Below are positions 26,276-35,803 of a stretch of 64,000 nt of DNA, in pieces; the first letter of the stretch is position 1; each line of letters begins with the position of its first letter. This DNA is from a virus. The notes beneath the pieces were generated by a model that saw nothing but the letters and a program-made list of their open reading frames with translations, was not told the DNA's origin and searched no databases. The stretch lies in the IMG/VR virus record IMGVR_UViG_3300025151_000016. One strand, given 5' to 3'. A program made the position numbers and the translations under genes.

Positions 26276-26933
26276 GCCATTTCCTTGCATCTTCTGGAGT
26301 GTTAATTTCTATTCCATTCCATTCTACACTAGTTACGCCGATTTGTACACCATTTTTTAACCATCGTAGTTGTTCTAGTTGTTCGATCTCTTCTTCTTTT
26401 TCTATTGGAAGTCTTGGATACAACTCTAACATATTTCTTTTATAACCATATACACCTAGGTGCCAATCTCCGTATCCTGTTATGCCTCTCCCAAACCAAA
26501 GTGCTTGATCTCCAGCTCTAATCATTTTTACTGAGTGAGGATCATTCTGCTTATCTTTTGGCATAGGTGTCCATACGGTTGTCACCTCATAATTTTTTAA
26601 ATGCCAATGAACATTGTTTATTATTTCTGGTGTAACGTCTGGCATGTCACCTTGTACATTTATATATTGATCATAGTCTAGTTTTTCTAAGGCAGCTCCA
26701 GCACACCGCTCGGTTCCATTACTGAATTCTCTGTTGTCATATATCACGTGCTTGAGTGGAACTGCATGTGCAACAGATCTATGATCAGTGAGTACATACG
26801 TATCAAATCCAGACTTAACGCAAGCATCGTAAACTCTACGAATCATTGTCGTTCCACCAAGATTACATATAGGCTTACCTGGAAATCTACTTGATTCGTA
26901 TCGAGCAGGAATTAATATCGCTGTGGTCGTCAA
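26262..26933 (-). CDS. kdsB: CMP-Kdo synthetase
   Basis: IPARYESSRFPGKP, NGTERC, INVQGD, HLGVYGY, EQLEQLRWL. Confidence 0.92.
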   Translation of the reverse strand: MTTTAILIPARYESSRFPGKPICNLGGTTMIRRVYDACVKSGFDTYVLTDHRSVAHAVPLKHVIYDNREFSNGTERCAGAALEKLDYDQYINVQGDMPDVTPEIINNVHWHLKNYEVTTVWTPMPKDKQNDPHSVKMIRAGDQALWFGRGITGYGDWHLGVYGYKRNMLELYPRLPIEKEEEIEQLEQLRWLKNGVQIGVTSVEWNGIEINTPEDARKWHESR

Positions 26934-28114
26934 ATTAAACTCTCTAAAATTTCTAATACCTGTTTACTATTATCTTCTACACCAATGTCAATAGCACTCT
27001 TTACGCATGTTCTTGTAAAATCTAAGCTGAATCTGTTGCCGTTGCTATCCATCCCTGTGTTTATTAAATATACGTTACATACTTCATTCGTTATTTTATC
27101 CATAAGCAAATCACTATAAACTTTAACTGATCTTGGCATAAACGGTGATCCGTAACAAGGAGAGAATATTTTCTTTATCTCATCGCTGCCAGCTTCTGTT
27201 CCAGGCATTTGACTTGTGTAACCAGTTTCAAAGAAGCGTCTAACCGTATTACCACTTATTTTACTTACAGGTGGAAACCGACCTGTTGCATCCATAGTTA
27301 AGAAGAATATATTATCAGGATGACCGAACTGATCCTGATCAGTCCAGGCATTGCTAACACAATCTATAGAATAACTTAATCTTGCGTTCGCAGCTCCAGG
27401 ATTTTCTACTACAAGAGTATCTCGTTTCTTTGCTTCTTCAACAGCATTAAAAATAGTTGGGTGAGTCTCTTGAGTTAATCCTTCTGATTTAGCATAACAA
27501 CCGGTTTCTATAATACGAATGCCTTTATCGTTCCATGACACTTCATCATCAGATATAAGACGAAACTCTGGATCACTACTTAACGTTGTTTTACCTGTGC
27601 CGCTTAATCCAAACATAAGGTTTGTTTTATCTTCATAAGTAAAAGCTGCACAATGCATAGGAAGAATGTTTTGATCTGGTAGTTCAAATCCTAAGATACT
27701 AAACACACCTTTTTTAATCTCACCAAGAAACGTAGTACCACCAATAAGCATTGTCTTTTCATCTAAGTGCACAGCAATAGTAGGTTGGCATTTTATTTCT
27801 GTATTATGAATGATAGTCCAGTCTGCGCAATGTTCGTACGGATTATCTACAACAGTAAACATATTACGTACAAACTGTGCATGTCTATCATCATTTGTTT
27901 CTACACGAAAACAAAAACCTGATGTATAGAAAACAAGATTATGCTCTGTATCATACTCATTTATATCTTCAAAGAACTCCCAGTAATTGAGATCTTTACC
28001 GATCTTGTTATACTTAGGTCGTGTTAGATCTAAATGCTTAGTTCTATTTCCAAAGTGTACTTTATTTTCAGGAGAACGACCGGTTGGTTCAGTTGTTATT
28101 TCTATATTGGGCAT
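26930..28114 (-). CDS. pckA: Phosphoenolpyruvate carboxykinase (ATP), shortened
   Basis: TGRSP, GEIKK, PMHC, FGLSGTGKTTLS, DDE, GCYAK, FSPCYGSPF, YLINTG. Confidence 0.88.
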   Translation of the reverse strand: MPNIEITTEPTGRSPENKVHFGNRTKHLDLTRPKYNKIGKDLNYWEFFEDINEYDTEHNLVFYTSGFCFRVETNDDRHAQFVRNMFTVVDNPYEHCADWTIIHNTEIKCQPTIAVHLDEKTMLIGGTTFLGEIKKGVFSILGFELPDQNILPMHCAAFTYEDKTNLMFGLSGTGKTTLSSDPEFRLISDDEVSWNDKGIRIIETGCYAKSEGLTQETHPTIFNAVEEAKKRDTLVVENPGAANARLSYSIDCVSNAWTDQDQFGHPDNIFFLTMDATGRFPPVSKISGNTVRRFFETGYTSQMPGTEAGSDEIKKIFSPCYGSPFMPRSVKVYSDLLMDKITNEVCNVYLINTGMDSNGNRFSLDFTRTCVKSAIDIGVEDNSKQVLEILESLI

Positions 28115-28883
28115 AACTAAATTCCATTATGTTTTCTACTAAGTTGTCAAAATCAGAAAGCTTTAACATGTTTGGTCCATCAGATGGTGCACTGTCTGGA
28201 TCTGCATGCACTTCTATAAAAAAGCTAGAAATGCCGAGAGCAGCACCAGCCCGAGCAAGATGAGGCACGTACTTGCGATTTCCACCAGTCGAGGTTCCTT
28301 GACTACCTGGTGTTTGTACTGAATGAGTAATATCGTAAACAAATCTATCACCAAGATCAGCAAGTAAATCATACATGCCAGTGAAATCATTAACAAGACG
28401 TCCGTAACCAAAGCTTGTTCCTCTTTCTGTTATCCAGACTTCTTCGGCTCTTTTAGTCTTAGATAATATTCCTTTTACGTCCCATGGTGCCATAAACTGG
28501 CCTTTTTTAATATTTATGATTTTTTCAGTTTTACATGCTTCTACAATCAAATCAGTTTGCCTGCATAGGAAAGCTGGTATCTGTAATACATCAACAGCAC
28601 TATTACTTCCTTGATAAGCTAAAGATCTAATTTGATCTACAGTATGAACATCTGTAAGAATCTTTAGACCCGATATCTCATTTTTAAGATCTATAAATGC
28701 ATGATTAGTTGGATATAAACCCAATCCTCTTTCACCATCTATCGATGTTCTATTAGCTTTATCAAAGCTAGCTTTAAAGAAATATTCCACACCATACTTA
28801 TCGCAAACTTGTTTACAATGTTCTGCTATTTCTCCTGATCTGCCTATACTCTCATGTTGGCAGGGTCCTGCAATAATTCTCAT
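28089..28883 (-). CDS. kdsA: Kdo-8-phosphate synthase
   Basis: IAGPC, KASFDKANRTS, QIPAFLCRQTDL, KKGQF, ERG, SDGPN. Confidence 0.95.
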   Translation of the reverse strand: MRIIAGPCQHESIGRSGEIAEHCKQVCDKYGVEYFFKASFDKANRTSIDGERGLGLYPTNHAFIDLKNEISGLKILTDVHTVDQIRSLAYQGSNSAVDVLQIPAFLCRQTDLIVEACKTEKIINIKKGQFMAPWDVKGILSKTKRAEEVWITERGTSFGYGRLVNDFTGMYDLLADLGDRFVYDITHSVQTPGSQGTSTGGNRKYVPHLARAGAALGISSFFIEVHADPDSAPSDGPNMLKLSDFDNLVENIMEFSYAQYRNNN

Positions 28884-29816
28884 CTATCCATTCCTATAAA
28901 CATATTCTAATGCACGATCGGCTTCTACTTCCATAGGCCGGTTTTCGTACCAGTTACCAGTTTCACGATCAAACTCTTTACATAGCATAGCAATTTCAGA
29001 TGTTGTGATAGGATAACTACGTTTGACCGCGTTACCTGCAATTGCTACCATGATTTGGTACATCTTACTGTACCATCCAGTGTTACTTATAGTCATATAA
29101 TCTGACGCTAATTTCTTTGGCCAGAACGGGCAATCGTGGTAACTTGACCACACAACATTATGATTATCCATTTGTGATTTACGATGTTCAATTACTTGCT
29201 TTGCCCATTCAGGTGGTAATCTATCTATGAAGTTATTAGAGTGCTTTTTTTCTTCATATGGATACTTAGCCATAAGTTCTTCTGGATCTATAGGATAACC
29301 TGTGTGATTACTAAATATGAAATTGTAAGCACCAATGTAACTACCAGGGATGTAATACATCCGAGACAAGTCCTTAGTCTGTTTATCTCCGATGTCTCCG
29401 AGATCTGTGTTAAGCGCGTACCAGAAATGTCGAATTCGTACTCCATCAACTGATCCTGTAAGCGGAAAAACAAGACGGAACTTCGGTAGATCACGAGTGG
29501 AACTAGCAGTGCTATAACAAATAAATTTATGTTGGCCAAAACGATCCAGAAGCTCATTCTCTAGATCTCCTTTAAATTCATGATCATCAACGTCAACAGC
29601 CGCCCAAGCTCCCCAGCTAAGTACATTTCTGTTGGCCCGAGTAGTTCCGTCTTCGTACGTAGCCGGCGATATAAGTTGTGCATCTTTCTTTCCTTTTAAA
29701 GGTTGTTCCGCTAATTTATATAGGAACTTTTCAAAGCTTGGCCATTCTTCAAAGTCAAACCTTTTATGAGTCTTGTTGTCAAACTGACTATTAAATACTG
29801 TGACAGTATAATACAT
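28884..29816 (-). CDS. AEP-type primase-polymerase
   Basis: AVDVDD (DxD), YSTASS..PKFRLVFPL, DLSRMYYIP; adjacent to gp43. Confidence 0.7.
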   Translation of the reverse strand: MYYTVTVFNSQFDNKTHKRFDFEEWPSFEKFLYKLAEQPLKGKKDAQLISPATYEDGTTRANRNVLSWGAWAAVDVDDHEFKGDLENELLDRFGQHKFICYSTASSTRDLPKFRLVFPLTGSVDGVRIRHFWYALNTDLGDIGDKQTKDLSRMYYIPGSYIGAYNFIFSNHTGYPIDPEELMAKYPYEEKKHSNNFIDRLPPEWAKQVIEHRKSQMDNHNVVWSSYHDCPFWPKKLASDYMTISNTGWYSKMYQIMVAIAGNAVKRSYPITTSEIAMLCKEFDRETGNWYENRPMEVEADRALEYVYRNG

Positions 29817-32356
29817 TATGCAAAGAAATCCTCCAAAGTAGCAACCGGCTCAGCTGACCAACCCACAGCATCGAGGATTGGGCGAAGCGGTTCAATAAAA
29901 GTCTTATCAAACATTATACCATAGTCTATATAGCTTTGTAAACCAATTTCTTTCGGTAAAATGCCAGGAAATGAAATAACATTTTCTTTGATAGGATTAG
30001 GAGTTTTAAGATAACAAAACTTAATTTTTTCACCGTTCTTAATCGTTTCATATTTACGTTCAAGCGAGTTTTGCTTGATAGCATGATTATATAGCAATGA
30101 ACCACGTACATGTATTGGGCAGCCTTTGCTATATATGTTCTTACGGTCTTTCCATTTTGCTATCTCAGTAACTCCACGAGGAAATGAGATGTCTTCTGGT
30201 GCGAGTGATGAGAACTCATTACGGAAATTACGGATAAATTCTTGTACGTCAGATTGAGAACCTTCAATAATAACTTTGAATATTTCTTTGAATTTATTAC
30301 GAACAACTTCTGGTGTAGATGACTTGATAGCTTCAATACCCATCATCTTTAATTTTGGTGTAGCATACTGTACACCTTCGGAGTTATGTACGTTGAGGAT
30401 ATATCGTTTCTTTGCTGTCCATATACCACGATCGGCAATAACTTCACGAGCCATTTCCATACGAGGAGTGTAGCCATTCATTACATGAAAGAATGCAGAA
30501 TAAGAATCTTTTAAAACGTTTTCAAAATGATCATTACAGATTTTATCAAGGAACTTAACAGGATCTTTAGGATTGAAGTTCTTTACAAATGGACTCATAT
30601 TGATATAAACTGAATCGGTATCGATTGCAACCACATAATCTTTCTTGGTGCCAAGCATCTTATTCATTTCGGAGTTGATTGCTTCTTCGGCCCAGCGGAT
30701 AACTGTTTGACCAGTAAGTGTAACTGATTCAGCCAGAGCATTATCAAAGTACTTAAAGTATTTGTTGGCCAATGCACCATACAATGAGTTAAGCAGGATT
30801 TTGATTGCCATCTGATTATTTTCAAGCTGGTTAATCGTAGATTCCAAAGCTTTGTCTTTTGTTTGCTCATACATCGATTGTGTTTTAAGCATTTTCTTTT
30901 TAATAACTGTACGTTCAGAATAGTAGTCAACAATCAATTCAGGTATGATACCTTGAGACTTTTTAGTAAATGGTACACCCGAAGCACATACAGCATAGTC
31001 TTCGCATACTTGCTTGTGACGATCATGATCCAAATAATAATCAGGTCCTTGTGGAAACCTGTATGTGTAGTCTTTATATAGATTTTCTGGAGATATGTTT
31101 TGCTGTACAATAATATTAGGATATAGAGAATTCAAATCAAAAGATACAACCCAATCATGTGCACCAACCTGAGGATCTTTTACATAACCACCAGCAATAG
31201 ACTTACGTTCATTATCAGGATTACCAAAGACTGCATATGGTACAGACTTAATTTGATTTACTGGTGAAACAATGTTTTTACTAAGAAGCCTGCGATAGAT
31301 AATAGATTCCCATATGTTTGTTACACCAAACACAGCGTTTAAATTAACGCCACCTTTATATGCCATCGTTAAGGCAAGAGATATAAGCCCCATCTTCTGA
31401 TCAATACGATCCACAAGCTGAACATCTTTAATATTATAGTCAATAAACTTTTGGTGATCTTCTTTATATAACGTATATAAATTACCATGTTCTTCATATG
31501 ACAACTTACGTTCACCAAGAACTACGTGGCCAATATGATCGAGTTTATACGATTCTTGGTTGCCATATGAGTATCCAAACTTTTGAAATAACTCGAGATA
31601 ATCTGCTGTTTGAATGCCAACTAATTCAAAAGTCAATAGTTCACGTTGCATTTTTCTGACAGTACGTTCGTTAACCATGTTCCAAGGAGATAACCGACGT
31701 GCAGCTTCTTCGGATCCAATCATGCGAATACGATTTACGAGATATGGAATATCAAAGAAATCAGAGTTCCAGCCAGTGATAACATCAGGATAGTTCTTTG
31801 TCCAATAACCAAGAAACTTGGCGAGCATATCTTCTTCTGAGTTACAATGGTGATACTGAATCATATCACCTTTCATATCTACCTGTGTTTTTTCATAGTC
31901 ATAAGTATCGAGTCCCCATACCTGATAGATAGAGGATTTACTTGATTTCAATGCAATAGAAATGATAGGATACGCAGCTTCTTCCGGTGTAGGGAAGCCA
32001 TCATCAGATGCAACCTCAATATCGAAGTTAACTACGTTGATGTGATTAACATCGAACTTAATGTCATCTGGATATAGATCTGTAATAAATTGGTGAATGT
32101 AGTTTGTAGTACCAAAGATCTTAAAGTTCTCGGTATCTTTATATGTTTCAATAAAATCTTTTGCTTCAGACATTTTGCTGAAGTTGATTTCTTTTAAGTC
32201 ATGACCTTCAAAGGATTTGTACTTACCTTTTTCTTTGACGGGTACAAATAACTTAGGAGCAAACTTATGTTTCTTTGAAACTGGTGTACCGTTATCTGTA
32301 TATCCACGGTACAGGATAGAATTGCCATAACGATTGATAGACGTATAGAATGCCAA
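29816..32356 (-). CDS. gp43: Family B DNA polymerase (T4 gp43)
   Basis: FDIE exo [24 protein letters not shown]; TTG start with GGAGG RBS. Confidence 0.97.
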   Translation of the reverse strand: MAFYTSINRYGNSILYRGYTDNGTPVSKKHKFAPKLFVPVKEKGKYKSFEGHDLKEINFSKMSEAKDFIETYKDTENFKIFGTTNYIHQFITDLYPDDIKFDVNHINVVNFDIEVASDDGFPTPEEAAYPIISIALKSSKSSIYQVWGLDTYDYEKTQVDMKGDMIQYHHCNSEEDMLAKFLGYWTKNYPDVITGWNSDFFDIPYLVNRIRMIGSEEAARRLSPWNMVNERTVRKMQRELLTFELVGIQTADYLELFQKFGYSYGNQESYKLDHIGHVVLGERKLSYEEHGNLYTLYKEDHQKFIDYNIKDVQLVDRIDQKMGLISLALTMAYKGGVNLNAVFGVTNIWESIIYRRLLSKNIVSPVNQIKSVPYAVFGNPDNERKSIAGGYVKDPQVGAHDWVVSFDLNSLYPNIIVQQNISPENLYKDYTYRFPQGPDYYLDHDRHKQVCEDYAVCASGVPFTKKSQGIIPELIVDYYSERTVIKKKMLKTQSMYEQTKDKALESTINQLENNQMAIKILLNSLYGALANKYFKYFDNALAESVTLTGQTVIRWAEEAINSEMNKMLGTKKDYVVAIDTDSVYINMSPFVKNFNPKDPVKFLDKICNDHFENVLKDSYSAFFHVMNGYTPRMEMAREVIADRGIWTAKKRYILNVHNSEGVQYATPKLKMMGIEAIKSSTPEVVRNKFKEIFKVIIEGSQSDVQEFIRNFRNEFSSLAPEDISFPRGVTEIAKWKDRKNIYSKGCPIHVRGSLLYNHAIKQNSLERKYETIKNGEKIKFCYLKTPNPIKENVISFPGILPKEIGLQSYIDYGIMFDKTFIEPLRPILDAVGWSAEPVATLEDFFA

Positions 32357-32382
32357 AAAATAAAACCTCCATTGTTGATGCT

Positions 32383-32416
32383 ATTCTATCATAAAAAAAG
32401 GGGATTGTAAACCCCC
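32383..32416 (-). promoter_or_regulatory. Early promoter TTTACA-17-TAGAAT overlapping a terminator-like hairpin
   Basis: -35 at 32406-32411 lies within GGGG...CCCC-T7; -10 at 32383-32388. Confidence 0.7.
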
Positions 32417-32428
32417 TAAATTTATTTT

Positions 32429-32860
32429 TTATAGTTCACTCAACAATGTTTTAAGTTTCTTTTTGCTTTTGCCTCTGACTTTTGCTTTGCTAACATCGTT
32501 CATTGGCACTTCACCGCCTTCAGCTACCATCACTACTCCAAGCATACCCATTGTTGCGTGCGGTGTACAAACATACACATACACACCTGGTACATCGAAG
32601 GTAATGCTAACTTCTTTGTTGTTCTTACTTTTTCTTGGAATGTCCCATCCATCTGGTCCTGCAACAAATTCTACGTTGTGTCCTTTAGATGTTGGTACCC
32701 ACGTGATTGTGTCACCTACGTCAATAGCGACAACATCTTCGCTGTACACCATCTTAGCACCATCGTCACGTTTATTTAACATTTCGATTGTTACGTCTGC
32801 CGCGAATGCTGGAACAGACAATGAAGCCATAACGGCTACTGTAGATAAAAGTTTCTTCAT
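32429..32860 (-). CDS. paz: Pseudoazurin (type I blue copper protein) with signal peptide
   Basis: IEMLN, GDTITW, GHNV, YVCTPHATMGM (His/Cys/His/Met copper ligands). Confidence 0.88.
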   Translation of the reverse strand: MKKLLSTVAVMASLSVPAFAADVTIEMLNKRDDGAKMVYSEDVVAIDVGDTITWVPTSKGHNVEFVAGPDGWDIPRKSKNNKEVSITFDVPGVYVYVCTPHATMGMLGVVMVAEGGEVPMNDVSKAKVRGKSKKKLKTLLSEL

Positions 32861-32883
32861 TATGAATTCCCCTGTGTTGTTTT

Positions 32884-32908
32884 GAAAGGGGCCATTACAG
32901 CCCCTTCA
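32884..32908 (-). terminator. Hairpin/terminator after the hsp20 operon
   Basis: AAGGGGC-TGTAATG-GCCCCTT followed by T. Confidence 0.6.
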
Positions 32909-32912
32909 GTTT

Positions 32913-32975
32913 TTATTTACCACCCTTCTTCTTTTCGATAGGGTTTCTTAGATATGTATGATCTGGATCAATCAT
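32913..32975 (-). CDS. Possible 20-aa micro-ORF (MIDPDHTYLRNPIEKKKGGK)
   Basis: Read by hand; overlaps the upstream stop and ends just before the hairpin. Confidence 0.35.
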   Translation of the reverse strand: MIDPDHTYLRNPIEKKKGGK

Positions 32976-33141
32976 TGTTTATCTCTTTTATTTGTAACAT
33001 ACAACGCTTAGACTCCTCGTGATACCCAAGTCGCGTTAGTTCTGCCGCTGCCCGTGAGTACCCTATCACCTTCGTAGTACGGTCTAATGAAGACCACAAT
33101 GCCGATAAGGGCGAGTATATACAAGACATTACTGTTGACAT
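32968..33141 (-). CDS. Small hypothetical protein (57 aa)
   Basis: Read by hand: MSTVMSCIYSPLSALWSSLDRTTKVIGYSRAAAELTRLGYHEESKRCMLQIKEINND; starts right after the DUF1127 stop. Confidence 0.65.
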   Translation of the reverse strand: MSTVMSCIYSPLSALWSSLDRTTKVIGYSRAAAELTRLGYHEESKRCMLQIKEINND

Positions 33142-33345
33142 TCATACCCATCCTTTTAGGTTATCGTTATAGTCTTTGACTAATCGATAAGATGGGTCGC
33201 CCATAGCTACTCTTTTAATGTCTCCTCGACCAATACCAATATCATTTAATTCATGATCTGTAAGTCTCGAAAGTTCATTATATGTGTTTCTATAAGTTTG
33301 TCTGTTACGTAGTTTCTGTAAGAAGTTGTTTACTAGATTTGTCAT
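33142..33345 (-). CDS. DUF1127 (YjiS-like) small protein
   Basis: RNTYNELSRLTDHELNDIGIGRGDI signature. Confidence 0.9.
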   Translation of the reverse strand: MTNLVNNFLQKLRNRQTYRNTYNELSRLTDHELNDIGIGRGDIKRVAMGDPSYRLVKDYNDNLKGWV

Positions 33346-33769
33346 GGTTTACCTCGTTTTGACCAATGTTGATTTTACGAGGACGCTTCTCTTCAGGTAG
33401 GATGACTTCTAAACTGACTGTCAAAATCCCATCCATCATGTCTGCTCCAGTGACTTCTGTGTATTCGCTTAACCGATATGACTTCTTAAACTTTCGAGCA
33501 CTTATACCTTTATGAACGTAACTATTTTGATCACGCCTTTGTGGTCTATCACCAGTGATAGTAAGCACGTGGTCTTTGATTTCAATATCAATATGATCTT
33601 TATTAAAACCTGCTACTGCAAGCTCAATCTCATATTTCATACTGTCGTGTTTGATTACGTTATGTGGGGGATAAGTATCCTTCGCGTGGCTGTGTATTGA
33701 TTCCAGCTGATCGAAGATGTGGTCGAAACCTAAGAATGCGTTTCGGGGATATACGAAATTACCTGTCAT
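33305..33769 (-). CDS. hsp20: Small heat shock protein Hsp20 (IbpA-like)
   Basis: FLGFD, YPPHN, IELAVAGF, HKGISARKF, DGILTV, PRKINI. Confidence 0.95.
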   Translation of the reverse strand: MTGNFVYPRNAFLGFDHIFDQLESIHSHAKDTYPPHNVIKHDSMKYEIELAVAGFNKDHIDIEIKDHVLTITGDRPQRRDQNSYVHKGISARKFKKSYRLSEYTEVTGADMMDGILTVSLEVILPEEKRPRKINIGQNEVNHDKSSKQLLTETT

Positions 33770-33825
33770 TTTTTCCTCCTATGACTAGCAAGGTTATATT
33801 GGGCCCGATCATTCGGCACCCATAT
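33770..33825 (-). promoter_or_regulatory. ROSE-type RNA thermometer in the hsp20 5' UTR
   Basis: CCUU-G-CUA/GUCA/UAG-GAGG hairpin with the U(U/C)GCU motif and bulged G pairs with the SD; upstream hairpin GGGUGCCGA/UCGGGCCC. Confidence 0.75.
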
Positions 33826-33833
33826 TATTTATA
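33826..33833 (-). promoter_or_regulatory. T4 late promoter TATAAATA
   Basis: Exact consensus immediately 5' of the ROSE leader. Confidence 0.75.
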
Positions 33834-33868
33834 TAGTTATTGCTATTACAAATGTAAATAGCTGGTAT

Positions 33869-34276
33869 TCATTTATTTCCAATATTATATTTTGGACACA
33901 GTTCCCACTGGTCCTTTTCTTTATAAGAAATTATTTTAATCTGCCGCAGTGGAGCAACGTTGAGTTCTTCTTTACGAACAAAGTCAATAAGACCCCAATC
34001 GCTCAACAATGTAGCAATAGTATTCCTACGTGCAATATCGTTTTCTTCTAGATTAGCTTTCTTCCCATCTAGCATAAACAGCTCTTTAAAGTGTACAATA
34101 AAGTACCGGCCTTGTTTATGTAAGATGTGGCATGATTGAAACAACTTACGATCTTTGCGTGATGCTACGCCGATACGAGTAAGTGTTTCACGAACCTTTA
34201 AAAAGTCATCTGGTTCGTTTAGTGTAATCTCCAACATAGTAGTTGGTGACCATTCAATTACATTATTTTCTTCCAC
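33869..34276 (-). CDS. regA: Translational repressor RegA
   Basis: PDDFLKVRETLTRIG, QSCHILHKQGRYFIVHFKE, KYNIG. Confidence 0.95.
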   Translation of the reverse strand: MEENNVIEWSPTTMLEITLNEPDDFLKVRETLTRIGVASRKDRKLFQSCHILHKQGRYFIVHFKELFMLDGKKANLEENDIARRNTIATLLSDWGLIDFVRKEELNVAPLRQIKIISYKEKDQWELCPKYNIGNK

Positions 34277-34640
34277 CTTTACTCACCTTCTTTTCTAATT
34301 CTTTAATTTGCTCAGGTGATAGAAGTGAAAGAGCTTGTTTAGCTTTATCATTGCTATAGCCATAATACTCTTTTACCACTTCAATATCACTTACTAAGTC
34401 AGGTTTGTTCCATTTTGAAAAACGTTTCCGCTTCCTGACAATATTTATAAGAAAATGAAATTGAAGCTTTTTATCGAGGTGAGCATATTGATTCATCTCG
34501 TTTGCTATAGCTACAGTGTCTGAGAAATAAGATAGACCACGATTCACCATGAAAGCGTTATATTGCTTTTCAGTTATATCGTCAATCATTATATCTTGTT
34601 TAGTAAAATTAATTGCGTTCAAATATTCAAAAGGACTCAT
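34263..34640 (-). CDS. gp62: Clamp loader small subunit (gp62)
   Basis: FMVNRGLSY, ANEMN, RKRKRFSKW, KEYYGYS. Confidence 0.92.
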   Translation of the reverse strand: MSPFEYLNAINFTKQDIMIDDITEKQYNAFMVNRGLSYFSDTVAIANEMNQYAHLDKKLQFHFLINIVRKRKRFSKWNKPDLVSDIEVVKEYYGYSNDKAKQALSLLSPEQIKELEKKVSKGGRK

Positions 34641-35206
34641 GATGATTCATTATAATTAAGAAAAATTAATCCAGAATGACTGGATGTTTGAAGAGAGCCA
34701 CTACTATGTGTAATGGCAAATGTTAAGTTATCACCTGCTACAAAACTTTCAGGTGTAATAGCAGTGTGATTGCCGCGTGATCCAGTAGATGTACAATCCA
34801 CAACTACTGTCTTAGCTGTAGCGCTACTATTTTTAAATAGCGTGACAGTAGTGTTACCAGATCCTGAAAGAGTATTTAATTGCATAGAAATATTTTTAAC
34901 AGTGCCGCTGAAAGGCATACGATAACCGCTGTTCGTACCAGTAAGTACATGATTAGTTACACCAGTAAGACTTTGAGAATTTTCTAAATCATCATCAACT
35001 GAAATAAAGGCGTTTGGAGGAACTCCATGTAGTTGTGTAACACTCGATAGATTAAAGTGTTGTCCGTCAGTAATAAAATCACCTGATTCAGCAGAATCTA
35101 GATTACCAATAAAAATTGGATTGACAAGAACAAACCTGTCGTTTGCACTATCTCTGAATCCAGCAGCTTGATATGGTATTTCTTGTGGCATTATATCCTC
35201 ATACAA
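34637..35206 (-). CDS. Late-expressed beta-rich (virion-like) protein
   Basis: S/T/G/N-rich beta-sandwich-like sequence; own late promoter at 35216. Confidence 0.6.
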   Translation of the reverse strand: MYEDIMPQEIPYQAAGFRDSANDRFVLVNPIFIGNLDSAESGDFITDGQHFNLSSVTQLHGVPPNAFISVDDDLENSQSLTGVTNHVLTGTNSGYRMPFSGTVKNISMQLNTLSGSGNTTVTLFKNSSATAKTVVVDCTSTGSRGNHTAITPESFVAGDNLTFAITHSSGSLQTSSHSGLIFLNYNESS

Positions 35207-35215
35207 TTATAACAC

Positions 35216-35223
35216 TATTTATA
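35216..35223 (-). promoter_or_regulatory. T4 late promoter TATAAATA
   Basis: Exact consensus overlapping the dexA stop. Confidence 0.7.
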
Positions 35224-35803
35224 GTGCACGTACAACAGTTTGCATCCGCATGACATCCAATGAAATATCATGACGAGGATCATGGTGAATAAAAGATTGT
35301 GCACAACCATCTGGCATAAACTTGTCGTCAATGTCTGATCCCCATAACAATCCATCAAGGAAAGATCGAGTATCTCTTACGTTCCACCAAGGATATGGTA
35401 TTCCCTTATCGCATGAATATAAAAGTTTTTCCATAAGAACTGGATCAAACATATTGCCGCGTGTGTATACGCGCCGTATATCCATTCCTTGTGTATATTC
35501 TGTGATAAAGTTCCAAAGGTTAGAAATAGATACATCACTCGGTGAAGGCTTGAGTTGCTGTTGAGCCTGCTCTGATTGCTTTCCCCACCATTCTAAGGTA
35601 GATTTATCTATTTTTCTGCCAAACTTCTTTACCTGTTCCTCTACATCAAATTTAATAAAAGCTGTGTCTTCTACTAGGTTATCGTAGTTATAAGGATCTA
35701 AAGCATAGTTACTTTCATTGAAACGAAGAATAGCAAGAGATACTGCAACTCCAGTATATTGATTTCCTAACGTTTCAAAATCGTATATGATACAATCGTC
35801 CAT
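35219..35803 (-). CDS. dexA: DEDDh 3'-5' exonuclease (DexA-like)
   Basis: YDFETLG, RGNMFD, RDTRS, HDPRHDISLD. Confidence 0.8.
   Translation of the reverse strand: MDDCIIYDFETLGNQYTGVAVSLAILRFNESNYALDPYNYDNLVEDTAFIKFDVEEQVKKFGRKIDKSTLEWWGKQSEQAQQQLKPSPSDVSISNLWNFITEYTQGMDIRRVYTRGNMFDPVLMEKLLYSCDKGIPYPWWNVRDTRSFLDGLLWGSDIDDKFMPDGCAQSFIHHDPRHDISLDVMRMQTVVRAL

Noticed and set aside
29816-32356. Intein or intron in gp43 (also considered for gp41, gp17, uvsX)
   Set aside because: Proteins are of normal length with continuous motifs
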